This document shows positions 40,055 through 53,600 of a stretch of DNA of 64,000 nucleotides, piece by piece; the stretch's first letter is position 1; every line of letters starts with the position of its first letter. The stretch is from assembly GCA_002269645.1 (NCBI GenBank), contig NIVC01000012.1, forward strand, positions 1,426,001 to 1,490,000, written 5' to 3'. Source of the DNA: Macrostomum lignano. Taxonomy: Eukaryota. A model generated the notes under the pieces. It did no database searches, was not told the origin of the DNA, and saw only the letters and a list, made by a program, of their open reading frames with translations. The position numbers and the translations under genes were made by a program.

Positions 40055-41405
40055 TAATTTCATTGTTTAACAGTACTACTGTGTGTTGAAGCCTCAGAAA
40101 TAGATTCATCTTCAAATAAATCTTTGGCAATAGACTCAAGCACTAAGCTCAGATCAGAAACCTCATCCTTAGACATCACAAATTGTAAGCTGAAATTGTG
40201 AATTTTAGCTAACATTATTTTTACCGTAATGATACAAAATTAATAGCCACAAAATAAGGAATTGTAATTTTCGCTTAGTGGAACTTAAAAACAGAAATAA
40301 TATGCAAACAATGCAAGTCATGACACAGTTATAAAGAACAAAGAATAAGAATAAAAAGTTATGCAGCCATAAAAAATTACTTAAATTTAGTAAGAACTGG
40401 GGCTGTGTTTCGACCAAAAGAACTAAAGAACCTAAAAAGATGACATTTTGAAAAGTCTAGGATCATACAAGCGTATAGTCTGTAAAATCTATTTCAAATC
40501 ACAAAACATCTGGTTTAATGAGCTCTTCACCAAACGCCAGCTGTAGTTAGTGGCCTAGAAGTTGTCTAGTGCTGTGATTATTTCCTCTTTTGCAGCATCA
40601 TGCAGCTTCACCCGCTTCAATGTCTTATTAAGGTCAATTATTTTGTCTGTGAAGTGCCCAGATTTTGAAGCAATTGATTCATTTCTTCAATCAACTTGGC
40701 CAACTTCTTTAGTAGAGAAGTCTGCAGCCTAGATTCAAGCAAGACCTAGAGAGTGGCTTGGTCAGACTTACTCAGCGTTGATGATGATGCTTGCCTTGGC
40801 AGATTTTCCTGACCAGCACAAACATAATGACTTACACTAGGTGAACTAGGAAAATGGCTATTGCCCTATGCTGATGGTGCTGACTGAATAATTTGTCTTC
40901 TATGATCAGCATTCTTGCTGCCCAGATGATAAGAATGGTCAGTTTGAGGCTTTTTCCTTGCTGGCTGTGAATGTAAAGCAGATGCAAAAGCCCTCTTGCA
41001 CAATTGCAGCTTTTGCATCTCATTGCGCAACATAGTAGAGCTAAAAGACGATGATTGAGGCGTTAGTTCAAATCCAGGATTTGCTTCAGCCACCTCAGCT
41101 TCCTCACTAAAGGCAGATTCACTGCTTTTACCACTTGCAATTTCTTCTTCATATTCTTCAGCATCAATATCAGGGTCCCAATCAGCTATGTCCGAAAGTT
41201 GGGCGCGGCTCTCTTGTTTATCAAGCTTATTTTGTATGGCATTGGTATCATTGCCATGCTCAACAAGATCTTTAATAGAAATACTGGCCTTCCCACACAA
41301 GTCAATCAAGCCATGATGCATGACTACACATTCTACTTGGCTTTTACCTTCTTTAACTTTGAGTGAGTTGCCTTTTTGGAGCAAAGATTTTTCATGGTCA
41401 TTCAA
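40055..41405 (-). pseudogene. Decayed coding sequence of unknown family (acidic/helical), probably transposon cargo
   Basis: The 179-aa ORF 40866-41405 is followed by further protein-like frames broken by TAG stops and a frameshift, and by a candidate last exon LQFVMSKDEVSDLSLVLESIAKDLFEDE..* at ~40185-40055. Confidence 0.4.
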
Positions 41406-42865
41406 ATGCTTGAATACAGAGGAGCCAATATAAAGAGGCTGTGAGTATAAGTTGTTGCTTCTATACTATAATACTAGCCACTCACCCAGTGCTTTACTTA
41501 ATTCCATACCAAAGCAGCTTATTCCTTGTTTTTTTACAAGAAGACATCTGAAGTGAGTGTTGGAGAATTGCTAAGCAAAGTTCCAAGCAATGCATGGAAT
41601 ATGCAAAGTTCATGTGGCGCCATCTGTTCCTAGGCAACCAATTAGGGAATATACTCTATTGGATTTTCCATTACTATCTTGTGTGAAAACTCTTAGGTTG
41701 ATCCCTATATTTTGACTTTACCAAGTAGGCCTATTGTGACACATTTTTATCAGTGAAAAAATTGAGTGGAAAACTGGAACATTGCCTTTCTATGCCCTAT
41801 CCTAGCTTATACTACAAAATTGTTTCTGTTGACCTATGCATATCTAGGGAAAGACTAACCACTTAGCACTAAGCCTACCATGACTATCTTAAACCTAACT
41901 AGTTTATATTATTGAATATATATAGGTTAGGGCCTAGTAGGCCTAGTGAACTGAGAGTTTGAAATAATAGCAAACTTAAAGTAAATTTAGTAGATAGGGC
42001 CTATATAATTTATAAAGAATAAATTTCAAACTATTGTAATATTTACGACAAGTTTTCCTTTATATCAAAACCTTTTTGGCTTCAAAATGTTCATATTAAA
42101 TAATAATACACTATTTATCTATACTTAGAATCTTAGAATCCTAGACTTTCCTTATTTATATATTACATATATATAAAATAACTTACTCTTAGACCTAGGC
42201 CTAGATTAGATAGGGTTAAATCCATGTTTCATAAAAGACATGTTTCATAATAGAGTAAAAAGACTTTTAAGGTAGCTTGTATTTGCCTTACACAATGCCA
42301 TAATTAAACACTTGTGACTAATAAAATATAGCTATTTATAACTGCTATGTATATTAGGGCCTACACTTAACCATGCTTTGTTTACATTCCTAGGCCTAAC
42401 CTAAGTTAACCTAGGTCTTAATCTAGTCTTAATCCTAATCTTAACAGATAAAGAGGCTTCATATATGGCATGTGGTTTATGCTGGAGTTTGTCAATTCTA
42501 GTGTTGTACATTTTGTTGCATAATCATTAAGCTAAGAATGAACTTCTATAGAATTTTCTAGAATTTTATATTAAATAATATTTATCAAGCATTTTTAGGC
42601 TTTTTATAGGCCTAACCAATATATTGATAGGCCTATGTCAGTGTAATAGAAATTTAGAATATTTTGAATTTTAATTAGAATATAATAATTTGGCTGGTTG
42701 ATTATTATTTTTGGGTATTAGTGCTAAAGATACTTGCTTAGATAATTCTTCTATATTTATAATTGCTATATGTGTATGTACTCACGTGCACAAATATTAA
42801 TGTATTACTTGCTCTAAATATTCCAGAATTTAACCTCAAGAGTCATCTGATAAAAAAACTAGATT

Positions 42866-43294
42866 ATGTCATTGCCACCAAAGCGCACATTGTCTGACAA
42901 TGTTGCTCCTGATAATGGCTTTAAAACAGATGAAAACCTTTCTAAAAAGCCTAGAGTACAAATTGATATTGCAATAATTGGTGATGATAATGATGGTAGA
43001 GATGAGATATCTGACAGCAATGGTGGCAATGGAGTTGCTAAATGGCGCTCAAACCCTAATAATGATGCTGAATTCACCCCTGGAGCAATATTTGCTGCCA
43101 CTCGAGCTGAAGGGGCAAAGTCAGCATCAGCTGGTTCTATTGGCACAGAGTGTGGGCCTTCATCAACTGACTGCACTAGTGGTATGCTGTTCAAGATAAA
43201 TAACTCATGACAATCTGTTATGTGGAATTTTCCATGCTTAGAATGAAAATCCCTTACAATTTGTTAAAATAACGTCTGTCTGTCTGTCTGTCTT

Positions 43295-43389
<95 letters not shown>

Positions 43390-43392
43390 TAG

Positions 43393-43441
<49 letters not shown>

Positions 43442-43494
43442 TAGTGTCTGTCTTAGTATCTGTCTGTCTGTCTGTCTGCCTGTCTTTCTGTCTC

Positions 43495-43560
<66 letters not shown>

Positions 43561-44384
43561 CATCTGTCTGTCTGTCAGTCTAGATACAATATCATTCACA
43601 TAGATTACATAGCCCACAAACTTGTTAATTTAAAGCAGGCAACAAAGACCCTGAGCCGAGCAAGACCAGTAGTGCTAGCACGCTGCCAAAGGCTCACCCC
43701 CTGCCAGGCGTGATCAAAGTGGCCGCCCAGCAGCTCCAGCAGGAGCAGAAGGACCAGCAGCAGCAGCAGCAGTTGCAGCAGCAGAGAATACTAGTTAACA
43801 ATCGGCAGCGCGGCAATCCTCTGCTGCCGTTCATTCGCTCGGTGCCCTGGGAGTATTCGGATTTAGCAGATCCGGCCGATTTCGTCCTTGGCCGGACAGC
43901 CTGCGCTCTGTTTCTGTCCGTTCGCTACCACTGCCTGCACCCGGACTATGTGCACCGCCGGCTCAAACAGCTTGGCCCTAAAGATTACGACTTGCGCATT
44001 CTATTACTGTTAGTAGACACGCAGGAATATTCCGATTCTGTTAGAGAATTAAATCGGATCTGTTTGCTAGCCGGCTCAACTCTGATACTGGCTTGGAGCA
44101 ACGAAGAGGCTGCTCGTTATTTGGAGAGTTTCAAATCTTTAGAGAAGAAACCGGCCGATAGTTTGATGGAACGCTCGGCCGAGGACTGGCCGGGACAGCT
44201 CAGAGACGTCTTGGGATGCGTCCGAGGCGTCAGCCGGACAGACGCGGCCTGTTTGGCTGCCAATTTCGGCACCTTCGAGGCCATGGTTGGAGCCAGCAGC
44301 GCCGAGCTGGAGCGGTGCCCCGGCCTGGGCCCGAAGAAGGCCGCCAGGCTCACCGCTGTGTTCGGGCAGAACTTCGCTGACTGA
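42866..44384 (+). CDS. ERCC1: DNA excision repair protein ERCC1 (~353 aa)
   Basis: Exon 43639-44384 carries [58 protein letters not shown] and the C-terminal HhH2 (CPGLGPKKA). Exon 42866-43181 (AGT G|GTATGC) joins in phase 1 to AAAGCAG|GC; exon 1 is less certain. Confidence 0.93.
43275..43577 (+). repeat. (TGTC)n microsatellite in the ERCC1 intron
   Basis: Directly visible; contains GTCTTAGTGTCT interruptions. Confidence 0.97.
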
Positions 44385-45044
44385 AGGCTGATGGTCTGGG
44401 TCTGGGATTAGTCTCCTCATTGTTCCCGATCTCATCCGTATCTCACTCACCCTGTCTTCTCATCCATGTTTCTCACCCTTATCTCACCCATATCTCATCG
44501 ATCTCATCCCTATCTTACCCCATCTCACCCCCATCCACCGATATCTCATCCCTATCTAACCTTTATCTCACCCATCTAACCCCTATCTCATTTTCTTACC
44601 TTCATCTCACCCTTACCCATCCCTATCTCACGCATACATGTAGCTCGCTCCTATCTCACCCTTTTACTTCAACCATATCTCACACTATCTCATCTACATT
44701 TCACCCCTTTTTTCGTCCTTATCTCAATTCTTATCTCACGATAAGTCTCACAAATGCCGCTATTAGTCTCTAATTATTGATAGGTATCAGCCACTAACCT
44801 CCTGAGCACTCTTCTCACTTTTATTCCTTCATAAATGTATTTTGTTCCGAGAAACCATTACCTAGAAACCGGAGAAAATATTTTGCATCTTCGCAACCTA
44901 ATTTTGAACTATACATGTAACTTCTGCCTGTTTTCTGCAACTTGCGCACTGCATTTTTGTGTATATCAAAATAATAAACTGTTTTTCTATTCAATTAATG
45001 TCTTTATCGGTGTTTGTTAACGCTTCAAATTTGTGTTTTGTGTC

Positions 45045-45965
45045 AATCTACCCCGAGAATCGCCCTTAATCTACCCTGAGAATCGCCATCAATCTACCCT
45101 GAGATTTGCCCTCAATCTACCCTTAGATTCGCCCTCAATCTACCCCGAGAATCGCCCTCAATCTACCCCGAGAATCGCCCTTAATCTACCCTTGAGAATC
45201 GCCCTCAATCTACCCTGAGAATCGCCCTCAATCTACCCTGAGATCTGAGAATCGCCATCAATCTACCCTGAGATTTGCCCTCAATCTACCCCGAGAATCG
45301 CCTCAATCTACCCTGAGAATCGCCCTCAATCTACCCTGAGATCTGAGAATCGCCATCAATCTACCCTGAGATTTGCCCTCAATCTACCCTGAGAATCGCC
45401 CTCAATCTACCCCGAGAATCGCCCTTAATCTACCCTGAGAATCGCCCTCAATCTACCCTGAGATCTGAGAATCGCCATCAATCTACCCTGAGATTTGTCC
45501 TGAATCTACCCTGAGATTCGCCCTCAATCTACCCCGAGAATCGTCCTCAATCTACCCTGAGATTTGTCCTCAATCTACCCTGAGATTCGCCCTCAATCTA
45601 CCCCGAGAATCGCCCTCAATCTACCCCGAGAATCGCCCTTAATCTACCCTTGAGAATCGCCCTCAATCTACCCTGAGAATCGCCCTCAATCTACCCTTGA
45701 GAACCGCCCTCAATCTACCCTGAGAATCGCCCTTAATCTACTCTTAAGAACCGCCCTCAATCTACCCTGAGAATCGCCCTCAGTCCACCCTTGAGAATCG
45801 CCCTCAATCTACCCTGAGATTCGCCCTCAATCTACCCCAAGAATCGCCCTCGATCTACCCTAAGAATCGCCCTCAATCTACCCCAAGAATCGCCCTCGAT
45901 CTACCCTGAGAATCGCCCTCAATCTACCCCAAGAATCGCCCTCGACCTACCCTGAGATTCGCCCT
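45045..45965 (+). repeat. 23-bp minisatellite (CAATCTACCCTGAGAATCGCCCT)n, intergenic
   Basis: About 40 units; its reverse complement is related to the array at 61318-61908. Confidence 0.95.
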
Positions 45966-46057
45966 TGATCATTTCTGAATCGCTCATAACAAGCAACTGA
46001 AGAGAATCTTTTTTCATTCCAATTTCATGGTAAATTTTCAGTTTTTACTAGCAGCGA

Positions 46058-49000
46058 ATGGCATCAACTTCTCATGAAAAACGCGCTGTCGGAAGTACAA
46101 AACGACAAAGTGCATCAGCTAAGCAGCAGTCCATCGGAGTCAAACGTGCCCGTTTAAATATTCGTAACAATTTCTTTTCTCGGTCAAAGGCGCTGCCAAT
46201 TATTAGAACTAACATTGTTCGCCTAGATGAGCCCAGCTTAGCCACTCAAGTGGTGGCTATTGATTGCGAATTTGTTGGCACCGGGCCAAGAGGCAGCGTT
46301 AGCGCTCTGGGCAGAGCTAGCGTGCTCAACGAGAGAGGAGATGTAAGACTTTTTTTGAATGGGTTAATGCCTATATTTTATAGTACTTTGGTTAGTTAAT
46401 GGCACAGGTGATAACAGGTGTGTAGATGAACAGAAGGTAGATTGATCCTTATGGTTATGAAATAGATCCTTTGTCGTTTTTGGTAGACCATGGATTGGGG
46501 ATAGATAGTTATGGTAGATCATGGATTGGGGATAGATAGTTATGGTAGATCATGGATTGGGGATAGATAGTTATGGTAGATCATGGATTGGGGATAGATA
46601 GTTATGGTAGATCATGGATTGGGGATAGATAGTTATGGTAGATCATGGATTGGGGATAGATAGTTATGGTAGATCATGGATTGGGGTAGATAGTTATGGT
46701 AGATCATGGATTGGGGATAGATAGTTATGGTAGATCATGGATTGGGGTAGATAGTTATGGTAGATCATGGATTGGGGATAGATAGTTATGGTAGATCATG
46801 GATTGGGGATAGATAGTTATGGTAGATCATGGATTGGGGATAGATAGTTATGGTAGATCATGGATTGGGGATAGATAGTTATGGTAGATCATGGATTGGG
46901 GATAGATAGTTATGGTAGATCATGGATTGGGGATAGATAGTTATGGTAGATCATGGATTGGGGTAGATAGTTATGGTAGATCATGGATTGGGGATAGATA
47001 GTTATGGTAGATCATGGATTGGGGGTAGATAGTTATGGTAAATCAGGGTTGGGGTAGACTGTAGATCATGGATTGGGGTAGACTGTAGATCATGGATTGG
47101 GGTAGACTGTAGATCATGGATTGGGGTAGACTGTAGATCATGGATTGGGGTAGACTGTAGATCATGGATTGGGGTAGACTGTAGATCATGGATTGGGGTA
47201 GACTGTAGATCATGGATTGGGGTAGACTGTAGATCATGGATTGGGGTAGACTGTAGATCATGGATTGGGGTAGACGGTAGATCATGGATTGGGGTAGACG
47301 GTAGATCATGGATTGGGGTAGACTGTAGATCATGGATTGGGGTAGACTGTAGATCATGGATTGGGGTAGACGGTAGATAATGGATTGGGGTAGACTGTAG
47401 ATCATGGATTGGGGTAGATAAGGTATGGTAGCCGGTGCAGAAGCTCATTAATCTGTCTCCCAATCCACCTGTCAGGTGCTGCTAGATGTGATGTGCCTGC
47501 CAGACGAGCCAGTAACGGATTACCGAACCAGATGGAGCGGCATTCGAGCTGCCGACCTCTCACGCGGCCTTCCATTCGACGCCGTTCAGGATCTGGTCCG
47601 TCGGGCTGTACGGGGTCGAGTTTTAGTTGGTCACGCATTGCATAACGATTTGAGAGTGCTGCGGTTGCACCATCCGGAGGGTCTGGTTCGGGACACTAGC
47701 AAGTGTGTTCTGCTGCAGGTGAGCCTTCTGGACTGCCCGAGTGTTCTCATCCCTTTCTCACCCATATCACACCCTTATCTCCCGTCTCACCCCTATCTCA
47801 CTCTCATCTTACCTATACCTCACAGTCCCTGTTTCACCCCTATCTCACACCATCTCACCTAATCTCCCTCCTATCTCGCACCTGTCTCACACCTATCCCA
47901 CTCTCACCCCTATCTTACCTATATCTCACCCTTGTCTCACCCCTATCTCCCCCTATCTCACCTAATCTCACTCCTGTCTCGCACCTGTCTCACACCTATC
48001 TCACTCTCACCCCTACTTACCTAAGTCTCACCCCTACTTACCTAAGTCTCACCCCTGTCTCACCCCTATCTCACCCCTGTCTCACCCCTATCTCACCCCT
48101 GTCTCACCCCTATCTCACCCCTGTCTCACCCCTATCTCACCCCTGTCTCACCCCTATCTCACCCCTGTCTCACCCCTATCTCACCCCTATCTCACCCCTG
48201 TCTCAACTTATGCACCATCCGTTATCTCACGCCCAGAGCCTTACAGTTTTCAAGACAACAGTTATCGCCCAATCACCCCGATACCCCACCCACCCCACGC
48301 CAAGGCCAAGGCTGGCATGCCACCCCAGGGCAAGCGGCCGGCCAGTCTGCGCAGTCTCTCCCTCGCTCTGCTCAATCTGAGAATCCAGCAGCGCGAGCAC
48401 GACTCAGTTGAAGACGCCGACGCTTGCCTGAAATTGTATCGTCTGGTTGCCGAGGAGTGGGAGTCTCAGCTGGCCGTGCGAGCTCCCGAGCTGGGCAAGG
48501 AGTCTGACGATGAGTCTGATCAGGTGAGCAGGCTAGATATTAGTGCCACAGGCTAGATTTCAGCGCCACAGGCTAGATTTTAGCGCAAACAGACTAGATT
48601 TCAGCGCTACTGGCTAGATTTTGACGCCACAGGCTCGAGTTTAGTGCCACAGACTAGATTTTAGCGCCACAGACTAGATTTTAGCGCCACAGGCCAGATT
48701 TTGGCGCCACAGACTAGATTTTAGTGCCACAGGCTCCATTTTAGCGCCACAGACTAGATTTTAGCGCCACAGACTTGATTTTAGCGCAAACAGACTAGAT
48801 TTTAGTACCACTGGCTAGATTTCAGCGCCACAAGCTAGATTTTAGCGTCACAGACTAGATTTTAGTGCCACAGACTGGATTTTAGCGCCACAGACTGGAT
48901 TTTAGTGCCACAGACTGGATTTTAGCGCCACAGACTGGATTTTAGCGCCACAGACTGGTTTTTAGCGCCACAGACTGGATTTTAGCGCCACAGACTGGAT

Positions 49001-50105
49001 TTTAGTGCCACAGACTGGATTTTAGCGCCACAGACTGGATTTTAGCGCCACAGACTGGATTTTAGCGCCACAGACTGGATTTTAGTGCCACAGACTGGAT
49101 TTTAGCGCCACAGACTGGATTTTAGCGCCACAGACTGGATTTTAGTGCCACAGACTGGATTTTAGCGCCACAGACTGGATTTTAGCGCCACAGACTGGAT
49201 TTTAGTGCCACAGACTGGATTTTAGTGCCACAGACTGGATTTTAGCGCCACAGGCTAGATTTTAGCGCCACAGGCTAGATATTAGCGCCACAGGCTAGAT
49301 ATTAGCGCCACAGGCTAGATATTAGCGCCACAGGCTAGATATTAGCGCCACAGACAAGATATTAGCGCCACAGACTAGATTTTAGTGCCACAGACTGGAT
49401 TTTAGTGCCACAGACTGGATTTTAGTGCCACAGACTGGATTTTAGTGCCACAGACTGGATTTTAGTACCACTGGCTAGATTTAAGCGCCACAAGCTAGAT
49501 TTTAGCGTCACAGACTGGATTTTAGTGCCACAGACTGGATTTTAGTGCCACAGGCTAGATATTAGCGCCACAGACTAGATATTAGCGCCACAGGCTAGAT
49601 ATTAGCGCCACAGGCTAGATATTAGCGCCACAGGCTAGATATTAGCGCCACAGGCTAGATTTTAGCGCCACAGGCTAGATTTTAGCGCAAACAGACTAGA
49701 TTTTAGTACCACTGGCTAGATTTCAGCGCCACAAGCTAGATTTTAGCGTCACAGACTAGATTTTAGTGCCACCGACTAGATATTAGCGCCACAGGCTAGA
49801 TATTAGCGCCACAGACTAGATTTTAGCGCCACAGGCTAGATATTAGCGCCACAGGCTAGATATTAGCGCCACAGGCAGGATTTTAGCGCCAATCGCTCTA
49901 AAACCATTTTACGCAGGCAAGCAATGGCGACAAAGCAGCTGCATCAGTTAAAGGGCGCCAGAGAGCACGCCTACATGAATTATCCTACTCAAATCCCGAA
50001 TCAACAGCCAAGTTGACAGCCAGACGACAAGTGAGGCCTGGCTTTGTTGGCACCTGGCAGACTGGAGATGCCGACAATTTGCTAGTCGATGACAAATACT
50101 GGTGA
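46058..50105 (+). CDS. DEDDh 3'-5' exonuclease, AEN/ISG20L2/REXO4 family (~311 aa)
   Basis: Exons 46058-46342, 47476-47718, ~48305-48523 and 49917-50105. Motifs AIDCEFVG (ExoI), VGHALHND (ExoII) and HDSVEDA (ExoIII); [10 protein letters not shown] and the C-terminal DDKYW resemble AEN/ISG20L2. The exon 3 acceptor is approximate. Confidence 0.88.
46487..47420 (+). repeat. Compound 31-bp then 24-bp minisatellite in exonuclease intron 1
   Basis: (AGATCATGGATTGGGGATAGATAGTTATGGT)n to ~47040, then (AGATCATGGATTGGGGTAGACTGT)n. Confidence 0.97.
47750..48210 (+). repeat. 11/22-bp C-rich repeat (CTCACCCCTATCTCACCCCTGT)n in exonuclease intron 2
   Basis: Directly visible; a degenerate relative follows the ERCC1 stop (~44415-44750). 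Confidence 0.9.
48528..49890 (+). repeat. 20-bp minisatellite (TTTTAGCGCCACAGACTGGA)n in exonuclease intron 3
   Basis: About 68 units, starting within ~10 nt of the donor. Confidence 0.98.
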
Positions 50106-50681
50106 CTGGCGCGCTTAATACTGCGCCTACTATAAGCAGTCTTTAGAGAGTTATTTTCCTATTAAAAATAAATAGACTGGATTAAAAAAACTACAAGCCA
50201 ACCAGACAAATTCTGTACAAAAAACTGTTTTAGAATAAAACCCCTCTGTGATCGTTTATTATTTTTGTTGTAATAAAGTGTTTTTTAATTTTATTTTTTT
50301 CTCCCTTATGTTGATGCACGTTTACACTACTTATAAGTAGTTTCATTATATAGACGGATAGGTATGTGGATGAAGCTAAGGAGCCAAGGCGAATAAGAAT
50401 CCTATTTATGGTATTATAATTGATAGGCAAATCTTCGTTTGCCTGGCAACCGCCCTTCCCAATTAACGTTTGTGCCAAATTGTTTGTTTTCTTGGGAAAA
50501 TATTTCTAACTCAAAAGAAATCTGTAAATAGCTGACATGACTCTATATTTAGTAGTCATTATTATTATATAGATTGCCCATTTTTTCTGAGCTTCCCAAT
50601 TGGATGTAACTTGGAATTAGATTAATATATAAATAGAACTACGGTAGAGCATTTTGTAAACACATCCTGCAAAGACTGGAC

Positions 50682-53600
50682 ATGGACTACTACAGCAGAG
50701 CCAACACTTGGTCGGAGAAGAAGTCTTCCGAATTTCAATTGCTTAAGCGTGAGACTGGTCACAGGTGCGTGCTTTGCTTTTGAGTATTGTCGCTTATTGC
50801 TTGACGATGAAGGGTGATGGCCCAGCAACTGAGGATCTGGGAGGCTGGCCCAGCAACTGAGGATCTGGGAGGCTGGCCCAGCAACCGACACTCTGGGAGG
50901 CTGGCCCAGCAACCGACACTCTGGGAGGCTGGCCCAGCAACTGACACTCTGGGAGGCTGGCCCAGCAACTAAGGATCTGGGAGGCTGGCCCAGCAACTAA
51001 GGATCTGGGAGGCTGGCCCAGCAACCGACACTCTGGGAGGCTGGCCCAGCAACCGACACTCTGGGAGGCTGGCCCAGCAACCGACACTCTGGGAGGCTGG
51101 CCCAGCAACTGAAACTCTGGGAGGCTGGCCCAGCAACTAAGGATCTGGGAGGCTGGCCCAGCAACTAAGGATCTGGGAGGCTGGCCCAGCAACTGAGGAT
51201 CTGGGAGGCTGGCCCAGCAACCGACACTCTGGGAGGCTGGCCCAGCAACTGACACTCTGGGAGGCTAGCCCAGCAACTAAGGATCTGGGAGGCTGGCCCA
51301 GCAACTAAGGATCTGGGAGGCTGGCTCAGTAACTGAGGATCTGGGAGACTGGCCCAGCAACTGATTATCTGGGAGGCTGGCACAGCAACTGGGGATCTGG
51401 GAGGCTGGCCCAGCAACTGGGGATCTGGGAGGCTGGCCCAGCAACTAAGGATCTGGGAGGCTGGCCCAGCAACCGACACTCTGGGAGGCTGGCCCAGCAA
51501 CCGACACTCTGGGAGGCTGGCCCAGCAACCGACACTCTGGGAGGCTGGCCCAGCAACTGACACTCTGGGAGGCTGGCCCAGCAACTAAGGATCTGGGAGG
51601 CTGGCCCAGCAACTAAGGATCTGGGAGGCTGGCCCAGCAACCGACACTCTGGGAGGCTGGCCCAGCAACCGACACTCTGGGAGGCTGGCCCAGCAACTGA
51701 CACTCTGGGAGGCTGGCCCAGCAACTAAGGATCTGGGAGGCTGGCCCAGCAACTAAGGATCTGGGAGGCTGGCCCAGCAACCGACACTCTGGGAGGCTGG
51801 CCCAGCAACCGACACTCTGGGAGGCTGGCCCAGCAACCGACACTCTGGGAGGCTGGCCCAGCAACTGACACTCTGGGAGGCTGGCCCAGCAACTAAGGAT
51901 CTGGGAGGCTGGCCCAGCAACTAAGGATCTGGGAGGCTGGCCCAGCAACCGACACTCTGGGAGGCTGGCCCAGCAACCGACACTCTGGGAGGCTGGCCCA
52001 GCAACTGACACTCTGGGAGGCTGGCCCAGCAACTAAGGATCTGGGAGGCTGGCCCAGCAACTAAGGATCTGGGAGGCTGGCTCAGTAACTGAGGATCTGG
52101 GAGACTGGCCCAGCAACTGGGGATCTGGGAGGCTGGCACAGCAACTGGGGATCTGGGAGGCTGGCCCAGCAACTGGGGATCTGGGAGGCTGGCCCAGTAA
52201 CTGACACTCTGGGAGGCTGGCCCATCAACTGAGGATCTGGGAGGCTGGCCCATCAACTGAGGATCTAGGAGGCTGGCCCAGCAACTGAGGATCTGAGAGG
52301 CTGGCCCAGCAACTGAGGATCTGGGAGGCTGGCCCAGCAACTGAGGATCTGAGAGGCTGGCCCAGCAACTAAGGAACTGGGAGGCTGGCCCAGCCAAAGT
52401 ACTTTAAGTTGTTTAGCCTACAAAGATCCCTCACCAGTGCCCACCTCCCCCACTGACCTCTGCCCAGAATATTCGTGAACCGCAGTCTGCAGCTGGACCG
52501 CATCAAGTTCTACGGATTCGACATGGACTACACCCTTGCCCAGTACAAATCACCCAGCTACGAATCTGCAGCCTTCCGTTTAATGCTCAACCGCCTGGTT
52601 GACATTGGCTACCCCAGCGAGATACTCAAATTCCAATACGATCACACATTCCCTATCAGAGGCTTGTGGTTTGACAAAGATCGCGGCTGCCTACTTAAAG
52701 TGGATTCGTTTGGCAATTTATTAAGCTGCTTATTTGGCCTAACAGTAGTGCCGTCCGCTGAGCTTCACTCCTGGTACGAGAATAAGTTTGTACAGCTGAG
52801 CGACAGGTTTTATGTGTACGATACTCTGTTTAATTTGCCGGAGATCTACTGCATGGCCTCCATCATTGAGTTCTTCAAGGCCCTGCCGCAGGCTTCGGTG
52901 GAACGGAACGGCATTGTGTACAAGGTCTGTTTGAGGGCACTATGATTCTTTCTGCTTTCCCCGTTCTCACCCTATCTCACCGTTATTGTGTGCTGTCCCT
53001 CCAATCCCCCAGGAGCTCAACATCTCGTACCGCTCCCTATTCAACGACGTTCGAGGCGCGGCGGACGCAATTCACAACGACGACTCGTTGAAACGTCTCA
53101 CCGTTGAACAGATCGACGAGTTTGTTCACACCGACTCGGACCTGTTGGATCTACTGGAGCAGTTGAAGGCTACGGGTGCGAAGGTGTTTCTACTGACTAA
53201 TTCCGAGTATTGGTACACTGACGCTCTCATGTCCTACCTGTTGGGCCCCAACTGGGTGGGCATGTTCAACTACGTATTAGTTAGCGCCTGCAAGCCGAAG
53301 TTCTTCGCCGAGGGTAGCCTACTGCGCGTGGTTGATCGCTCTAGCGGCAAGCTCAAGCTGGGTACTCACATGGGCCCGCTGCAGTCTGGCGTGGTCTATT
53401 CAGGTGGTGAGTGGCTTCAATTGAAACAAAGTTTAACTTTATTAAGTCTATATAGAAGTCCGCTTTGAAAAGTATTTTGCGCTACATATCGGCAATGTAT
53501 GTGCATTTTTAATACAGCTATATTGAGGGTATCTATTTTTATGACGTATGGGTAGGTGAATTAAGCTGATTTGAGTTTCAGTGTTTCAATTTGGAAATTA

